A stretch of 64,000 bases of DNA from contig CM069140.1 of NCBI GenBank assembly GCA_035221665.1, positions 28,830,001 through 28,894,000 on the forward strand. Reading direction: 5' to 3'. The stretch's first letter is position 1. Each line of letters begins with the position of its first letter. Shown here piece after piece: positions 50,801 through 64,000 of the stretch. The position numbers and the translations under genes are program-made. Source of the DNA: Okamejei kenojei (taxonomy: Eukaryota). The notes beneath the pieces are model-generated. The model saw only the letters and a program-made list of their open reading frames with translations, ran no database searches and was not told where the DNA came from.

Positions 50801-52319
50801 TCCTTTCAGGAAAATAAGACGATGGAAAAAGATCGTACGCAAAAAGCACGGGTCACCCAAGGAAAAACTGCTTTCCTGAACAGTAAAAAGAGAGATTGGT
50901 GGAGTGAGTGAGGATCGGGGGGTGGAGGGAGGGAGGGAAGGAGGGAGGGAGGGGTGGGGTGCGGGTTGGTGGAGAGAGAGGGGATCGGAGGACTGGGGTG
51001 TGAGTCGCCCACTTCTGGTGACGGCTGCACCTTAACATAGAACAGTCCAGCACATGTTTTGCGCCTGAACATGACGCCAAGTTAAACTGATCTCATCTGC
51101 CTGCACATGATCCATATCTCTCAATTCCAGGTACTTCCATGTGCCTATGTAAAAGTCTCTTCAATGCCACTACTGTATCTGCCTCCAGCCTGACAGTGTG
51201 TTCCAAGCCCCCACCACTGTGTAAAACGTTGCTCCGCACATCTCTATTAAACCTTCCCCCTATCACCCTAGAGCGATGCCCTGTAGTGTTGGATATTTCC
51301 GCCCTGGGGGAAAAAGGTTCTGGCTGTCTACCTTATCGAAGCCTCCCATAATGTTGTATACTTCTATCAAGTCTCCCCTCAGCCCTGTGTGCAGGAAGGA
51401 ACGGCAGATGCCGTTTTACACCGAAGATAGACACAAAATGTTGGAGTAACTCAGCGGGTCAGGTAGCATCTCTGGAGAAAAAGACTATGTCGGACTATCC
51501 GCCTGAAGAAAGGTTTTGACCCGGAAAGTCTCCTATTTCTTTTCTCCAGAGATGCTGCCTGACCCACTCCAGGATTTTGTGTCTATCTCCCCTCAACCCT
51601 TGCGGCTCCCTGCCTGTTAGCAGATCATCGGACGAGGTTATGTATTCCTGCCCCTGGGCAGGGTATCGGCATCCATGCAACATATAACCAAGAGTGGTTG
51701 TGAGCATCGAACAATGAAGGGGCAACTCAGCATCCCAAAGGTTAATTGTCTCTCAACGCAGGAAGTATGAAGTGAAAATGTCTGTGTAAAGATCGGTAGG
51801 TGAGCAAATGTTACGGAAACTCCCCAGAGTGCGAGACGAGCTAAAGAATAAATATCAGGATGGGTTTAATAAAACTCCAGGCTGCGGGAAGGCGATCTGT
51901 CAGCCAATATTGATGAGTGCCTCTGGGGAAAGCAGGGTGCTCCTGGCTGTCATCAGAGCCCTGCCAAAGTTGTTGTCAGTCGGTCAGCCAAGTCCCACTT
52001 TCCTGTCTGCAGGGAGGCGAGCACACTGCCGTTATAGACCCCACCGTACATCAGAGCTCCAGGCTTCAAACCGCCGCTCGCAGTTATTCGAGCACACGGA
52101 TCAGTTCACACTGCTCACCCAGGGACGGGGTCCTGACCAGGAAAGGACAGGGGGCAGTGTGAGATTCCAGTCAATAAGGCAGAAAAGAGGATGATAAATG
52201 AACAAACAGGGCCACTAGTGAAAGGAACACTTATCCGCTGTCTGGCACTGACTGATCTGTTTCAGTCTCACCACCTGCATAGGACACACTGGGTAAAATG
52301 GAACACCCCTGTCATAATT

Positions 52320-52930
52320 TCATAGGTTCTAGGAGCAGAATGAGACCATTCGGCCCATCAAGTCTACTCTGCCATTCAATCATGGCCGATCTATCTTTCC
52401 CTCTCAACCCCATTCTCCTGCCTTCTCCCTGTAACTCTGCACCCTTACTAATCAAGAATCTGTCAATCTCTGCCTTTAAAAATATCCATTGGCCTCCACA
52501 GCCGGCTGTGGCAGTGAATTCCACAGATTCACCACTCTCTGACTAAAGAAATTCCTCCTCGGCTCTGTTCCAAAGGTGCGTCCCTTTATTCTGAGCCCCC
52601 TGTTCCTAGACTCTCCCACTATTGGAAACATCCTCTCCACATTCACTCTATTCAGGCCTTTCACTGTTCACTAAGTATCGGTGAGGGTTCCCAACCACCG
52701 TGCCTTCAAACACTCATCATATATTAACCCAATCGTTCCTGGGATTATTCTAGTAAAACCTCCTCTGGATCCTCTCCAACACCAGCACATCCTTCCTCGG
52801 ATATGGGCCCAAAACTGCTCTCAATACTCCAAATGCAGTCTGACCAGTTCCTTATAAAGTCGTAGCATTACATCCCTGTTTTTGTATTCTAGCCCTCTCG
52901 AAATTTTGCAATTGCTTTCCTTACTACTTA
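52320..52930 (-). mobile_element. CR1 LINE 3' fragment
   Basis: RGLEYKNRDVMLRLYKELVRLHLEY; RRNFFSQRVVNLWNSLP. Confidence 0.8.
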
Positions 52931-53957
52931 TTGGACTCGCAAAGTAACCTTTTGTGAATACTGCTGCAACGCTCCCTTGTCCCTTTACACCTTCGATTTC
53001 AGAATCGTAGAACCATGCGGCATGGTAACGGATGCTTGGGATAAAACTCTTCCATGCCATGCCCAAGATGCCCAATCTAAGCTGGTCCTACTTGCCTGCG
53101 TTTGGCCCATATCCCTCTAAACAATTTCTATCCATATACCAGGATATTATTTAAACCTTAGGACAGGTTTAAGGTGAAATGTGAAAGATTTAATGGCAAC
53201 CTGAGGGGTAACTTTTTCCCACAAAAAAGGTGAATGAGCTGCCGGAGGAGATAGTTGAGACAGGTAATATCTGAATGTTTAAGAAACATTTAGACAGGTA
53301 CTTGGATAGGACAGTTTAGAGGACTATGTGCCAAATGCAGGCAGGTGGGACTAGAGTAGATTGGATATGTTGGTCGATGTGGGCAAGTTGGGCTGAAGGC
53401 CTATTTCTACACTGTATCACTCTGACTCTAAGATGGGAAGCTCTTGTCGGGTGAGAGAGGTGTAGTCTGTTTTCAATTCCTTGTCCCTCACCCGAGTCTG
53501 TAATTAGTTGGTTGGAGGGAACATTGGGCTCGTTGTTCTACCTCTGTCCTCCTCCCCACCATCCCCTCCCTCCACATTACAGCAACCCTTGTCAGCTCTG
53601 AGTGAAAGCAGATCAAAGATGGGGGAGTGAGCTGAGCCAGAATGAGCGCGGGCTCTGTACAAGCTGACTGTGTGTTGACAAGTGTGGGAAACTTGCAGCA
53701 TTGTTGGACAGAGAGAACTCGTGCTCGAACTTTGGACACGACAGGCTGTCTGAGAATGTACATTGAAGCGATCATGACACATGCCATTTTCAGGTTTATT
53801 ATTGTCACGTGCTCCAAGGTACAGTCAAAAGCTTTTATTTACATGCTATCAAATCAAATCAGATAATACTATACATAAATACAATCAACCAAATTCAAGC
53901 ACAGTAGGTAGAGTGAACAGAGTGCAGACTATAGTTCTCCGTATTGAGACGTTTGAC

Positions 53958-54246
53958 TTTAGAGATACAGCATGGAAAAGGGCCCTTCGGTCCACCGGGT
54001 CCGTGCTCTCCTGCGATCACCCCGCATGTAGCGCTATCCTACACGTCAGCGACAATTTACAATTTTACAGTTCAAGTAAGCTACAAACCTGTATGCCTTT
54101 GGAGTGTGGGAGGAAACCAGAGCACCCAGAGGTTACCCACGCAGCCACCCGGAGAATGGATAAACCCTGTGCAGACAGCACCCATGGTCAGAATCAAACC
54201 CGGGTCTCTGGCACTGTAAGGCAGCAACTCTATCGTTGCGCCACTA
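53958..54246 (-). mobile_element. tRNA-derived V-SINE (HE1-like)
   Basis: Same family sequence. Confidence 0.8.
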
Positions 54247-54639
54247 CTCTTGTAGTGTAACAGTTCCAGAGGAAAGAAATCCAATGTTGGCAATGAGGTA
54301 GGTTGGAGAATTGGCCCGACACCCTAGCTCATGGAAGGACTGTGCACAAGTCTGATAACTGAGGGGAAGAAGCTGTTCCTGGGACTGGTGGTGCGCCCTC
54401 TCAAGCTTCTATATTTTCATCCCGAAGGGAGTGGGGAAACGAAGGAATGGTTGGGGTGGGAAGCTTTGACAAGCTATGCCTAGTTCCTGACCTTTTGCAG
54501 ATTGTCATACACTGTTGAAATTGAGGATTTAAGGTACGATGCAAATACATTTGGAATGATTTACAATTGAGCAGTGTGTCCAGAACAACACCATAATAAG
54601 CAGTGGGCTCTGGAATGCCAGACCCACGTACATTTGAGG

Positions 54640-55310
54640 TCGAGGTGGCGGCCTCGTCCAGCAGTCTGTGTGTTATTTCAACTTTTTTTTGTTCTTTTTA
54701 GTGTGTCTAAAATGTATGTTTTAATGTTCTTCTGTATGTTTTTATGTCGGGGGTGTGGGGGGGGGGGGAATATGGAGAAACCTTTTTCAGTAATTTGATC
54801 TTTCCCCGCCCCCCCCTTTGCGGCCTAACAACTGGTTTGGTGCGGCCTTTCCTGGAGACTGGCCCGGAGCTTCAAGCTGCAAGCGTGGCGCGGACTTATC
54901 ATCGCGGAGCGGCCGTGCCTTTGTCGAGGATCGTTGTGGAAGTGCTCGGACCACGGAGCTTGTGGCCTTTAACATCGTGAAGCCTGGTGGTCTCCGGTAA
55001 GAAAAGGCCGGCACGGGAGCTCCTTGCCACGGAGCGTTCCGATCCGTCCAGAGTTTCGATCATCCTGACGAGAGGGGTTGAACAGCGGACCGTCGGCAAC
55101 GGTCCCGTTCAAAGGCCCCGACCACAGGTGAACAAAGGAGGAAGATGACTGAACTTTATTACCTTCCATCACAGTGAGGAATGTTGATTCCACTGTGGTG
55201 GATGTTTATGTTAGATTTATTGTTTTTGTTTTACTTGTATGGCTGTATGGTAACTCAAATATCACTGCACCTTAATTGGGCCTGTGATAATAAATGTGAA
55301 CTTGAACTTA
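54640..55310 (+). mobile_element. GC-rich non-coding interspersed repeat with a Rex1/L2-like tail
   Basis: Shares ggtgcggcctttcc.ggag...gcccggagcttca with the 12733-13575 copy; ends gataataaatg(tgaact)2. Confidence 0.55.
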
Positions 55311-55489
55311 TCAGGTCTTGGTACTGGTACCATTAGGACATTTAACATTGATAAAAGTGCTACACAGTAGCAGTTTTCTGGAATGGAATGGAAAAGAATG
55401 ATTGTGATTTAATCGTCTTTTCAGTTTCAAAGGAATTGGTAAGGATGGCAAACTGAAATTATCTGCTGGTGTGGGAAGTAAATGGAGTT

Positions 55490-55648
55490 GGGCCTGTCCC
55501 ACGGGGCGTCATTTGCGCGTCACGCAGGTGGCGGGCGAAGGTTTTGTGAATCCCAAAATCCTGGGGCGCCGCGCGACCGCGCGTCACTGCCTACGTCACC
55601 ACGCACCTTGCGCGTGTCGTGCAAATGACGCCCAAGTGGGACAGGCCC
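55490..55648. mobile_element. Short palindromic MITE with GGGCCTGTCCCAC termini
   Basis: GGGCCTGTCCCAC..GGGCGTCATTTGC pairs with GCAAATGACGCCC..GTGGGACAGGCCC; followed by TTA; same terminal motif as 29119-29433. Confidence 0.8.
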
Positions 55649-55955
55649 TTAGGCGGTAGAACAGGATCGCAACAAGTGGCAGAACAGAGCAAAGTTCATG
55701 TGAATTGTTCCCACGTGTGTGTGTTTACATGTACAGAGACTAGGCCGGAGACTCGCCAGGCTGTAGTGAAACATCACCTTTTTCATCTTATAGTCAAAAA
55801 TCTTTATTGTTATTGAATAATGGCATAAGTGTAAATGACGTACAAGGTTCACAGTGATTATTGTAGAGCATTGAAATGTGCAACACCATGTCTGTATGCA
55901 GATTGGTAGACCTTGCTGCCAATCTAACCAATCCATCTTTAGGTTTTACTTTACT

Positions 55956-56250
55956 TTTGAGATCCTGTATGGAAACGGGCCCTTTGGTCGAATGAGTCCA
56001 TGCGAGCAGCGATCACCCGTATACTAGTCCCATCCTCCACACTTGTAAGGATAGACAATTTACGGAAGCCAATTAACCTACAAACCTGCACATCTTTGGA
56101 TTGTGGGAGGAAACCGGAGCTCCTGGAAAAAACCCACACGGACACAGGCAGAACGTGCAAACTCCGTACAGACAGCACCCGTAGTCAGGATCGAACCCTG
56201 GTACCTTGCGCTGTACCGCTTCCTACCTCAACAGTTGTGCCACTGTGCCG
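55956..56250 (-). mobile_element. tRNA-derived V-SINE (HE1-like)
   Basis: Same family sequence. Confidence 0.8.
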
Positions 56251-56805
56251 CAGAGGAAGGGTTCCCACCTGACACGTCAGCTATCCATATTCTCCAGGGA
56301 TGCTGCCTGATTCAGCATCCTGATCCTGAGTTACTCCAGCACTTTGTGATTTTTATTTGCATTTTAACCAGCATCTGCAGTTCCTTGTTTCTAACAACGT
56401 TGGTTGAAGGTTGGGTTTCACCACCGTACCTGGGAGAACTCTCAACACTTTTACGAACATCCACATGAGGGCGCTTGTTTCAACGACCCATCGGAGGAAA
56501 GGGCCTGGGACTGTTCAGCACTCCCTCAGTACTACACTGGGGTCAGCCCTGACCTTGTACCCCCGTCTCTGGGCATGGGATAGGCCAACAGAAGCAAGAG
56601 TTCATCCACTGAACCTTCCAGAAGGTACCTGATAGTGTAATGTAGGACCACACATTGAGGCTATTTAAATAACGTCTACTGGTTGTCCTGTCATAGTGGG
56701 AGATCTTCCACTTGCGGGAAGCATTATCAATATACGAGGGTACTTGAAGCAAGGAGCACCATTGTCCACATTCATCCAGAGACTGCATTCGCATTCCATA
56801 TATCT

Positions 56806-57118
56806 GCGACACAGAGGCGCAGCTGGAAGAGCTGCTGCCTCGCTGCGCCAGAGACCCGGGTTCGATCCTGACCTTGGGCGCTGTCTGCGTGGCCTGTGCT
56901 TGTTCTCCCTCTGATCAAATGGGTTTCTTCCTGGTCCTCCGGTTTCTTTCCACATCCCAGATGTGCGGGGTTTGGAGGTTAATTGTCCTCTGTAAATTGC
57001 CCCGAGTGTGTGGGGTCTGGATGTGAAAGTGGGACAGCATAGGAATCGTGTGACCAGGTGATCGGCTGGTGGGCACGGACAGCGTGGGCCCATGCGGCCT
57101 GTCATGCGGTATCTTTAC
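56806..57118 (+). mobile_element. tRNA-derived V-SINE variant
   Basis: GGTTCGATCC B-box and V-domain; divergent 3' part. Confidence 0.75.
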
Positions 57119-58480
57119 ACTCAACTTGTCAGTGTGGGCACGTTGGGCTGAAGGGCATGCTTGCATACAATATGATCAGTTCAAATTGCTTGTGGCCACT
57201 GACACTTCTGCATGAGAGGCTCAGATCATGGAACTTACTGGTGTTCAGCAGCAGACAGGATAAAATAACTGGCATAGTGGGATGATGGGATCAAGGAAGT
57301 GTGGCTGGGAGATCTGTAAAATCATGCTTGCCTCTCTCTGAGTACAGGACCTCAGCATCATGTAGACAATGATGTGTCTTTTCTGACATTATTATGGTCT
57401 AACCCTGGAGAAGTGGTTTCTGGGTGATTTTGGTGCATTTATTGCTCTTGCTTGCAGCAGAGTTGGCTGTAGCTGAGGTTTTTTTGCTGTCTCAGGGACA
57501 CTCACACACTCACACGAACTGAGCATCTGCAGTTCATGTACAGTTCATTGTCGAGGTAGATGACGGGTGCGTGATGGGTTCCAGATTTTGCTGCCACGTT
57601 TCCAACATTACAACAGACTGCACTGAAAGTAGTCCATTAGATTGTGCAGCACTCTGGAACATCCTCCAACAGTGGAATGCACAGCTGAATTGAACGTTCT
57701 GGCAATGGTGAGATGTCCTTCCCTTGTGGAGATGCCAACCTTTGCCTGAATCAGCAGGGGGAGGGGAGGAGAAGGAATGGGGATTCTGTTCCAGGGAGAG
57801 GTCTGGTGTTCAAGCTCATTTACTGTCACCGAGTCTCTTGCCCAGAGTGGGGGAATGAAGACCCAGAGGGCATAGGTTTAAGGTGAAGGGGGAAAGATTT
57901 TATAGGAATCTGAGGGGTAACATTTTCATGCAAAGGGTGGTGGGTGTATGGAATGAGCTGCTGGAGGGGGTAGTTGAGATAAGGCAACATTTAAGAAGCA
58001 TATAAACATGTACATGGATAGGACAGGTTTAGAGGGATATGGGCCAAATGCAGGCAAGTGGGACTAGCGTAGATGGGACATGTTGCTCGGTGTGGGCAAG
58101 TTGTGTGGAAGGATCAGTTTCCTCACTGTATGGCTCAATGACTAGATGCATCAGCTGTGGGGGTGTCTATGACCTGGAGAGTGAGATGTAGGTGTTGACG
58201 GAAGCTGTCCAGTGCCCAGGGTTCATTGGTTCAAGACCACCTCCTGCTGTGTGGAGCACTCAACCAGGTGAGCATAGGTTGAGGTGCATTTGTCTTTAGT
58301 CTCACGTCTGATTACAATCCCATTTGGAAGGGGTCAAGAATCAATCATGTCAATGGCCCAACTGGTAGAGCTGCTGTCTCTCAAAACCAAAGACCCCCAG
58401 ATTCAATCCTGACCTCGGGTGCTGTCTATATGAAGTTTGCACGTTCTTCCCGTGACCCCATGGGTTTTCTCCGGATGCAT

Positions 58481-59095
58481 CGGCCTTTCACTATTCGGTG
58501 AGTTCCAATGAGGTGTCCCCTCATCCTTCTAATCTGCAGTGAGTACAGGTTCAGTGCCTTCAAATGCTCATTATATGTTAACCCAATCATTCCTGGGACC
58601 ATACTCTTAAACCTATTCTGGACCCTCTCCAATGCCAGCACATCCCTCCTCAGGTATGGGGCCCAAGACTACTCATAATCCTCCAAATACAGTCTGACCA
58701 GTGCCTTATAAAGCCTCAGCATTACATTGTGTGTCAGAAAGAACGGCAGATGCTGCTTTAAATCGAAGGTTGACACACAATGTTGGAGTAACACAGCTGG
58801 ACAGGCAGCATCTCTGTAGAGAAGGAATGAATGGGTGATGTTTTGGGTCGAGACCCCTCAGACTGAAGAAGGGTCTTGACCAAAACCGTCGCCCATTCCT
58901 TCTCTCTAGAGATGCTGCCTGTCCCGCTGAGTTACTCCAGCATTGTGTGTCTATCCTCAGCATTACATCCCTGTTTTATAAATTCTAGTCCTCTCGAAAT
59001 AAGTACCAGCATTGCATTCGCCACCCTTGCTACCGATTTGACTTGCAAATCAACTTTTTGGGAATCCTGCACCAGCAGTCCCAAGTCCCTTTGCA
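58481..59095 (-). mobile_element. CR1 LINE fragment interrupted by a PLE-derived inverted unit (58728-58954)
   Basis: ALERVQNRFKSMVPGM...RRMRGHLI; TSD CCTCAGCATTACAT at 58714-58727 and 58955-58968. Confidence 0.8.
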
Positions 59096-59914
59096 TCTCT
59101 GCACATTCCTAAACCATCCGAGATTGTGACCTGAGAATGGCCGTTTGGTGCAGAATTTGCACACAGATCACGGGGAAATGTGATTCAGGGCAGTCAGGGA
59201 AGGGACATAATAAACACTGAGTACTGTAACAAATGTGCATAACCACAGCTCATTACTGCCAGGGTATGTGGTTTCTGATCCTTTTTGTTCCTTTGAAGTT
59301 CTCACCAGGCAGCAGTCCTGACTGTGCACAATGGAAGACGTTACTGCAGAGCAAGTGTCTTGCAAATCATCTTTCTTGCCTCGCCTGCCGCCCTTCCAGT
59401 GGAATTCCTTAAAGGGACAATCCTCTCAGCGATATTGGGACTGTGCAGAATCTTGGCATCTCCACTGCTAATCTTTTAATCCTTTCGGAAGAAAGGACAG
59501 GATTGGTATAAGTCCACATATTCCATTGGGCAGGGTGCTCCATGCGGTGAATGTTCAGTCTGTAGGATGCTGTCATTTCTCTTTAATGCAGTGATCCTGT
59601 GGGGACAGATTGACAGCTAAGTTTGTAGCCATGTTGTTTAGCATACCAGCACTGCCGCTGTACCATGGGGAAAAGTCTTACTGAAACAATACGTGATATA
59701 TTTCCTTTTACGACCTTCTAATTCATTCCTTCAGCTGCTGTCAATAGCAGCAAAATAATGGGAGCTTTTTTATTTCAAAAATATACTATATTCATAATAT
59801 GTACACAACAAATATAGCCTTCCATAATATTCATTATGCGATTGATTCAATACATTCACTTTCATTGCATCAACACTACTTGTGTTTGCTCCTTAACCAA
59901 CACTTTTAGACTTT

Positions 59915-60165
59915 TAGGCTTTGGAGACAGCGCGGAATCAGGCCCGTCTGGACCCCCCCCCCCCCCAAGTCCACGTTGACCAGCCCGTACACTAGCACTA
60001 TCCTACATACTAGGGACAAATTACAGAAGCCAAACCTGCATGTCTCTGGAGTGCGGGAGGAAACCGGAGCACCCGGAGAAAACCCACACAGTCACGTGGA
60101 GAACGTACAAACACCATTCAGACAGCACCCGCAGTTGGGAGCGAACCTGGGACTCTGGAGCTGCG
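59915..60165 (-). mobile_element. tRNA-derived V-SINE, degenerate
   Basis: Same family sequence. Confidence 0.7.
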
Positions 60166-60334
60166 CCTGTGTGCTGCACACATACCTGAAGTGCCTGAGA
60201 GGATGTTATACAGGGTCCAGTCCCTCCGAGCCAGTGAAGATAAGACCCTCGTCCTTCCCCACAGAGTCTTTGTGGTGGCTCCATCAGGCTCAATCCCTCA
60301 GCATAAATGTGGTACCCTCAGCATAAAGTGGTAC

Positions 60335-61230
60335 CGCAGGCTCAGTGCTGGGACCACCAGCTATTTACAATATATATTTAATATCTGGATGAGGGAATTG
60401 AAGGCAAGTTTGCGGATGACACTAAGCTGGGGGCAGTGTTCGCCTAGGAGACTGCAAGGTGACTTGGATAGGCTGGGTGAGTGGGCAAATGTTTGGCAGA
60501 TGCCCACTTTGGTGGCAAAAACAGGAAAGCAGACACGGTGGCCGATTAGAAAAGGGAGATGCAGCGAGACCTGGGTGTCATGGTACACCAGTCATTGAAA
60601 GTAGGCATGCAGGTGCAGCAGGCAGTGAAAAAAGCGAATGGTATGTTAGCTTTCATAGCAAAAGGGAGTACAGGAGCAGGGAGGTTCTATTTCAGTTGTG
60701 TCTTGTGAGACCACACCTGGAGTATTGCGTACAGTGGTCTCCAAATCTGAGGAAGGACATTATTGCCAGTGCAGAGAAGGTTCACCAGACTGATTCCTGG
60801 GATGTCAGACTGTCTTATGAAGAAAGACTGGATAGAGTTTATACTCTCTGGAATTTAAGGAGATTGAGAGGGGATCTTATAGAAACTTACAAAATTCTTA
60901 AGGGGTTGGACAGCTAGATGCAGGAAGATTGTTCCCGATGTTGGGGAAGTCCAGGACAAGGGTCACAGTAAGGATAAAATGGGAAATCCTTTAAGACCAA
61001 GATGAGAAAGACTTTTTTCACACACAGAGAGTGTGATCTCTGGAACTCTCTGCACAGAGGGTAGTTGAGGCCCATTGGCTAAGAGTGAGATGTGGCCCTT
61101 GTGGCTAAGGGATCAGAGGTATGGAGAGAAGGCAGGTACGGGATACTGAGTTGGATGATCAGCCATGATCATATTGAATGCAGCTCGAAGGGCTGAATGG
61201 CCTACTCCTGCACCTAATTTCTCTATGTTT
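60335..61230 (+). mobile_element. CR1/HER1 LINE fragment with many small deletions
   Basis: [42 protein letters not shown], plus 3' UTR. Confidence 0.85.
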
Positions 61231-64000
61231 CATAAATTCATGTCATAGGAGCTGAATTAGGCTATTCAGCCCATTGAGTCTACTCCACCATTCAATCATG
61301 GCTGATCTATCGTTCCCTCTCAACCCCATTCTCCTGCTTACGCCCCACAGCCTTTGATACCCTTACTAATCAAGAACCTGTCAATGTCCGCTTTGAAAAT
61401 ACCAACTGACTTGGGCTCCACACCCGTCTGTAGCAGTGAATTCCACAGATTCACTGCCCTCCGACTACAGAAATTCCTCCTCCTCTTTCTAAAGATATGT
61501 CCTTTTATTCTGAGCATGTACTCCTGCATCTTGGAATGTGCCAGTGTGAGTTTTCACTTGTGGGGACACAGTCATAGCGTCATCCAGCAGAGAAATGGGC
61601 CCTTCAGCCAACCTCGTCTATACTGACCATGATGCTCATCTAAGTTGGTCCCATTTTCCCCTATTTGGCACATGCACCTCTCAACCTTTGCTATCCACGT
61701 GCCTTCCGAATGTCTTTTAAACATGGTTATTGTACCTGCATCAACCACATCCTCTGGCAACTGCTTCCATATAGACACTACCCTCTAAGTGTAGATGATG
61801 CCCCCTCAGTTCTATTTTAAATCTTTCTCTTGCCTTACACCTGCGCCCTTTACTTTTTACTCCTTTCTTGAGAAAAAAACTGCGTGAAGTCACCTTATCA
61901 ACACCCCTCATCATTGTATACACCTCCTGAAGATCACTGCTCAGTCTTCTACGCTCAAAGGAATTCTTCAAAGTCCTAGCCTTCTCAGCCTGTCCTTAAA
62001 ACTTAGTCCATTAAGTCCTGCGAACATCCTCAATAATCCTTAATGGGGACTCCCAGATATACAGAAGGTGATGAGAGAGAAGGTGTAAATGGAGTACAGA
62101 GCCATGGCTGGATGCAGTTGGACGCCGTGATGTACACTAGACGCTGCAGCATTGACATAAGGTGCTGTCGTTCGTGTTGGTCCTGAACGTCAGTGTAACA
62201 GTCCAGCAGGGCAAGAACGCAACTGAACCAAACAGAAACACAACGTTTAGTCGTAGGGAGGGTGATTGGTTTGTGTGATGCTCAGGGCTACGTCCACAAC
62301 TTCTTGTGGTCTTGGATGGAGCTGTTCCCAAACCAGGCAGCGGTGCAATGTCCTGGACTCCCGCAGGATGCCTCAGCCCCTGATCCAGATCTGTGGTCCT
62401 GTGAGCGCAGTGGAACACAGCCTTGGTCCGTGCATTATCAACCACAAGGGAAGCTTCTGGCTGTCGGCTCAAACTCCCTGCTGAGAACCCAGGGGGAGCT
62501 CTCTTTGATTTGCCACTCTGGCTGGTGCAGTTCAGCTTCTGCATGAGTGAGGTTCGGAATAAAATGGCACTTGATTGGAAAGTAGAAGTCAATTTATTTT
62601 AACCTGCAGAAAAAAATGTCAAGGTCATCTTTGTTGCTTCCTTCTAAACCTTGGACAACCCTTTGGATCCCACTGATTTACAAGATCACAAGCAAGAAAT
62701 AAATTACTCTCCGTTAAATAAAAATCTAAAGGCGAGTTAATGGTATATACAGCATGAAAGAAGTGGTTTACCGGTTCTCATGCGTTTTGTCTGAATCATT
62801 TGAAGGCATCCACCCGTAATCTCCTATCCCTCTCCCAGTGCAGTGTGTGACAATGAGGAAGGTTTCTCTCAAGTACTCGCACTTTGAAGCAAGAGTTAAC
62901 CATGTCGACATTCAGCACTGACTCTGATGCGAGCTCGGTACGTTGGGAACTTTGAACGAGTACATAAAAGGCTCGGTCTAATTGGATGGGATTCAGGCTG
63001 CCTTGGCAAACATCTTATTATTTTGAGCAGAAAGCATTCAATGAGAACTGCCCAATTAATCCTGAAGAAAGCAAATTGTACCCCTGCCTAAAACCCTCGA
63101 AAATATACGATTTTGCTAATGAAACCTCATTAGGTCGTTCGATGTGGGAACACAACTGGCAGGCCCTCCCAAGTGGCTCTCTCTGATCTTATTTGTTTTA
63201 TTTATTTCATATTAGAAATTCAGAAATGATTCAAGGGAGCTATAGGCTACAATTCCCCGCTTACAGGACCGCTAGATGTTTTGATGAAGAGCAGTGGGGC
63301 CCCATAGTGGAAACAATTGCTGATTGATGTTGAAGATGCACTTGCCAATGGGCCAAAACTTACTGTAAAATAACAGTGAACTACAGTTCTAACCCCTTTG
63401 TCTGCACAAGTTGGAAACAACTTCATCATCATCATCATCTGGGCAAGATGCGCATTTAAAACAAGGGCGCCGAGGAAACAATGCCTGAGATATTGGAGTT
63501 TGTTTCAGTTTGAGTTTAGTTTATTGTCACGTGGACTCAGGAACAGTGAAAAGTTCTTGTGCAAGCTAACCAGTCAACGGAAATACAGTACGATTACAAT
63601 TGAGCCATCAACAGTATACAGATATATTATAAAGGGAATAATGTTTAGTGTAAGATAAAACCCAGTAAAGTCAGATCGAAGATAGTCTGAGGGCCTCCAA
63701 TGAGGTAGATAGTAGTTCAGAACTGCTCTCTACTTGTTGGTAGGATGGTTCGGTTGCCTGATAACAGTCATTACTCGGCTGGGTAGGTGTCGAGTGGATG
63801 GATGTCCCATTGCTCTACAAATGGAGCTGCAATGTGGTCTCACTCTTTGACTCCCAATCCACCTGTGCTGAACAGTGAGAATGAGCTGTGCTTGCATTGT
63901 ATTGGGATTGGTTTATTATTGTCATGCATGCCAAGGATAATATTGACTGATTTCCTGACGTAGCATGAAATGTAGATGGAGTCAATGGAGGGGAGGTTGG

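Overview
Eukaryotic, repeat-dense vertebrate DNA, most likely a cartilaginous fish (skate/ray/shark; inferred from abundant HE1/V-SINE-like tRNA-SINEs and HER1/CR1-like LINEs). The only host gene I can support is the 5' part of a TALE-homeobox PBX gene (PBX1-like): coding exon 1 at 36828-37003 and exon 2 at 37632-37705 on the + strand. The rest of the window appears to be its long intron 2. About 2.6 kb upstream is a compact GC-rich promoter-like element with 2 CRE, 2 GC-box and 2 PBX/PREP-type decamer motifs, followed by a ~44-bp minisatellite and a ~1.35-kb polypyrimidine tract. The main mobile element is a DIRS1-type tyrosine-recombinase retrotransposon (17151-22225, minus strand) with both termini, the internal complementary region, gag-like, RT, RNase H, N6A-methylase-like and YR parts. 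It sits in a nested stack: a CR1 fragment split by a Rex1 LINE and by the DIRS, and the DIRS split by a Penelope-like insertion. Penelope-derived short repeats carrying a minimal hammerhead-ribozyme-like core (CTGAAGA-A-stemII-GAAACGTC) are scattered across the window, several as short inverted units with their own target-site duplications. L1-in-L1 and L1-in-CR1 insertions and two related MITEs are also present. Coordinates were read by eye; repeat boundaries without a stated TSD are approximate, and no database searches were run.
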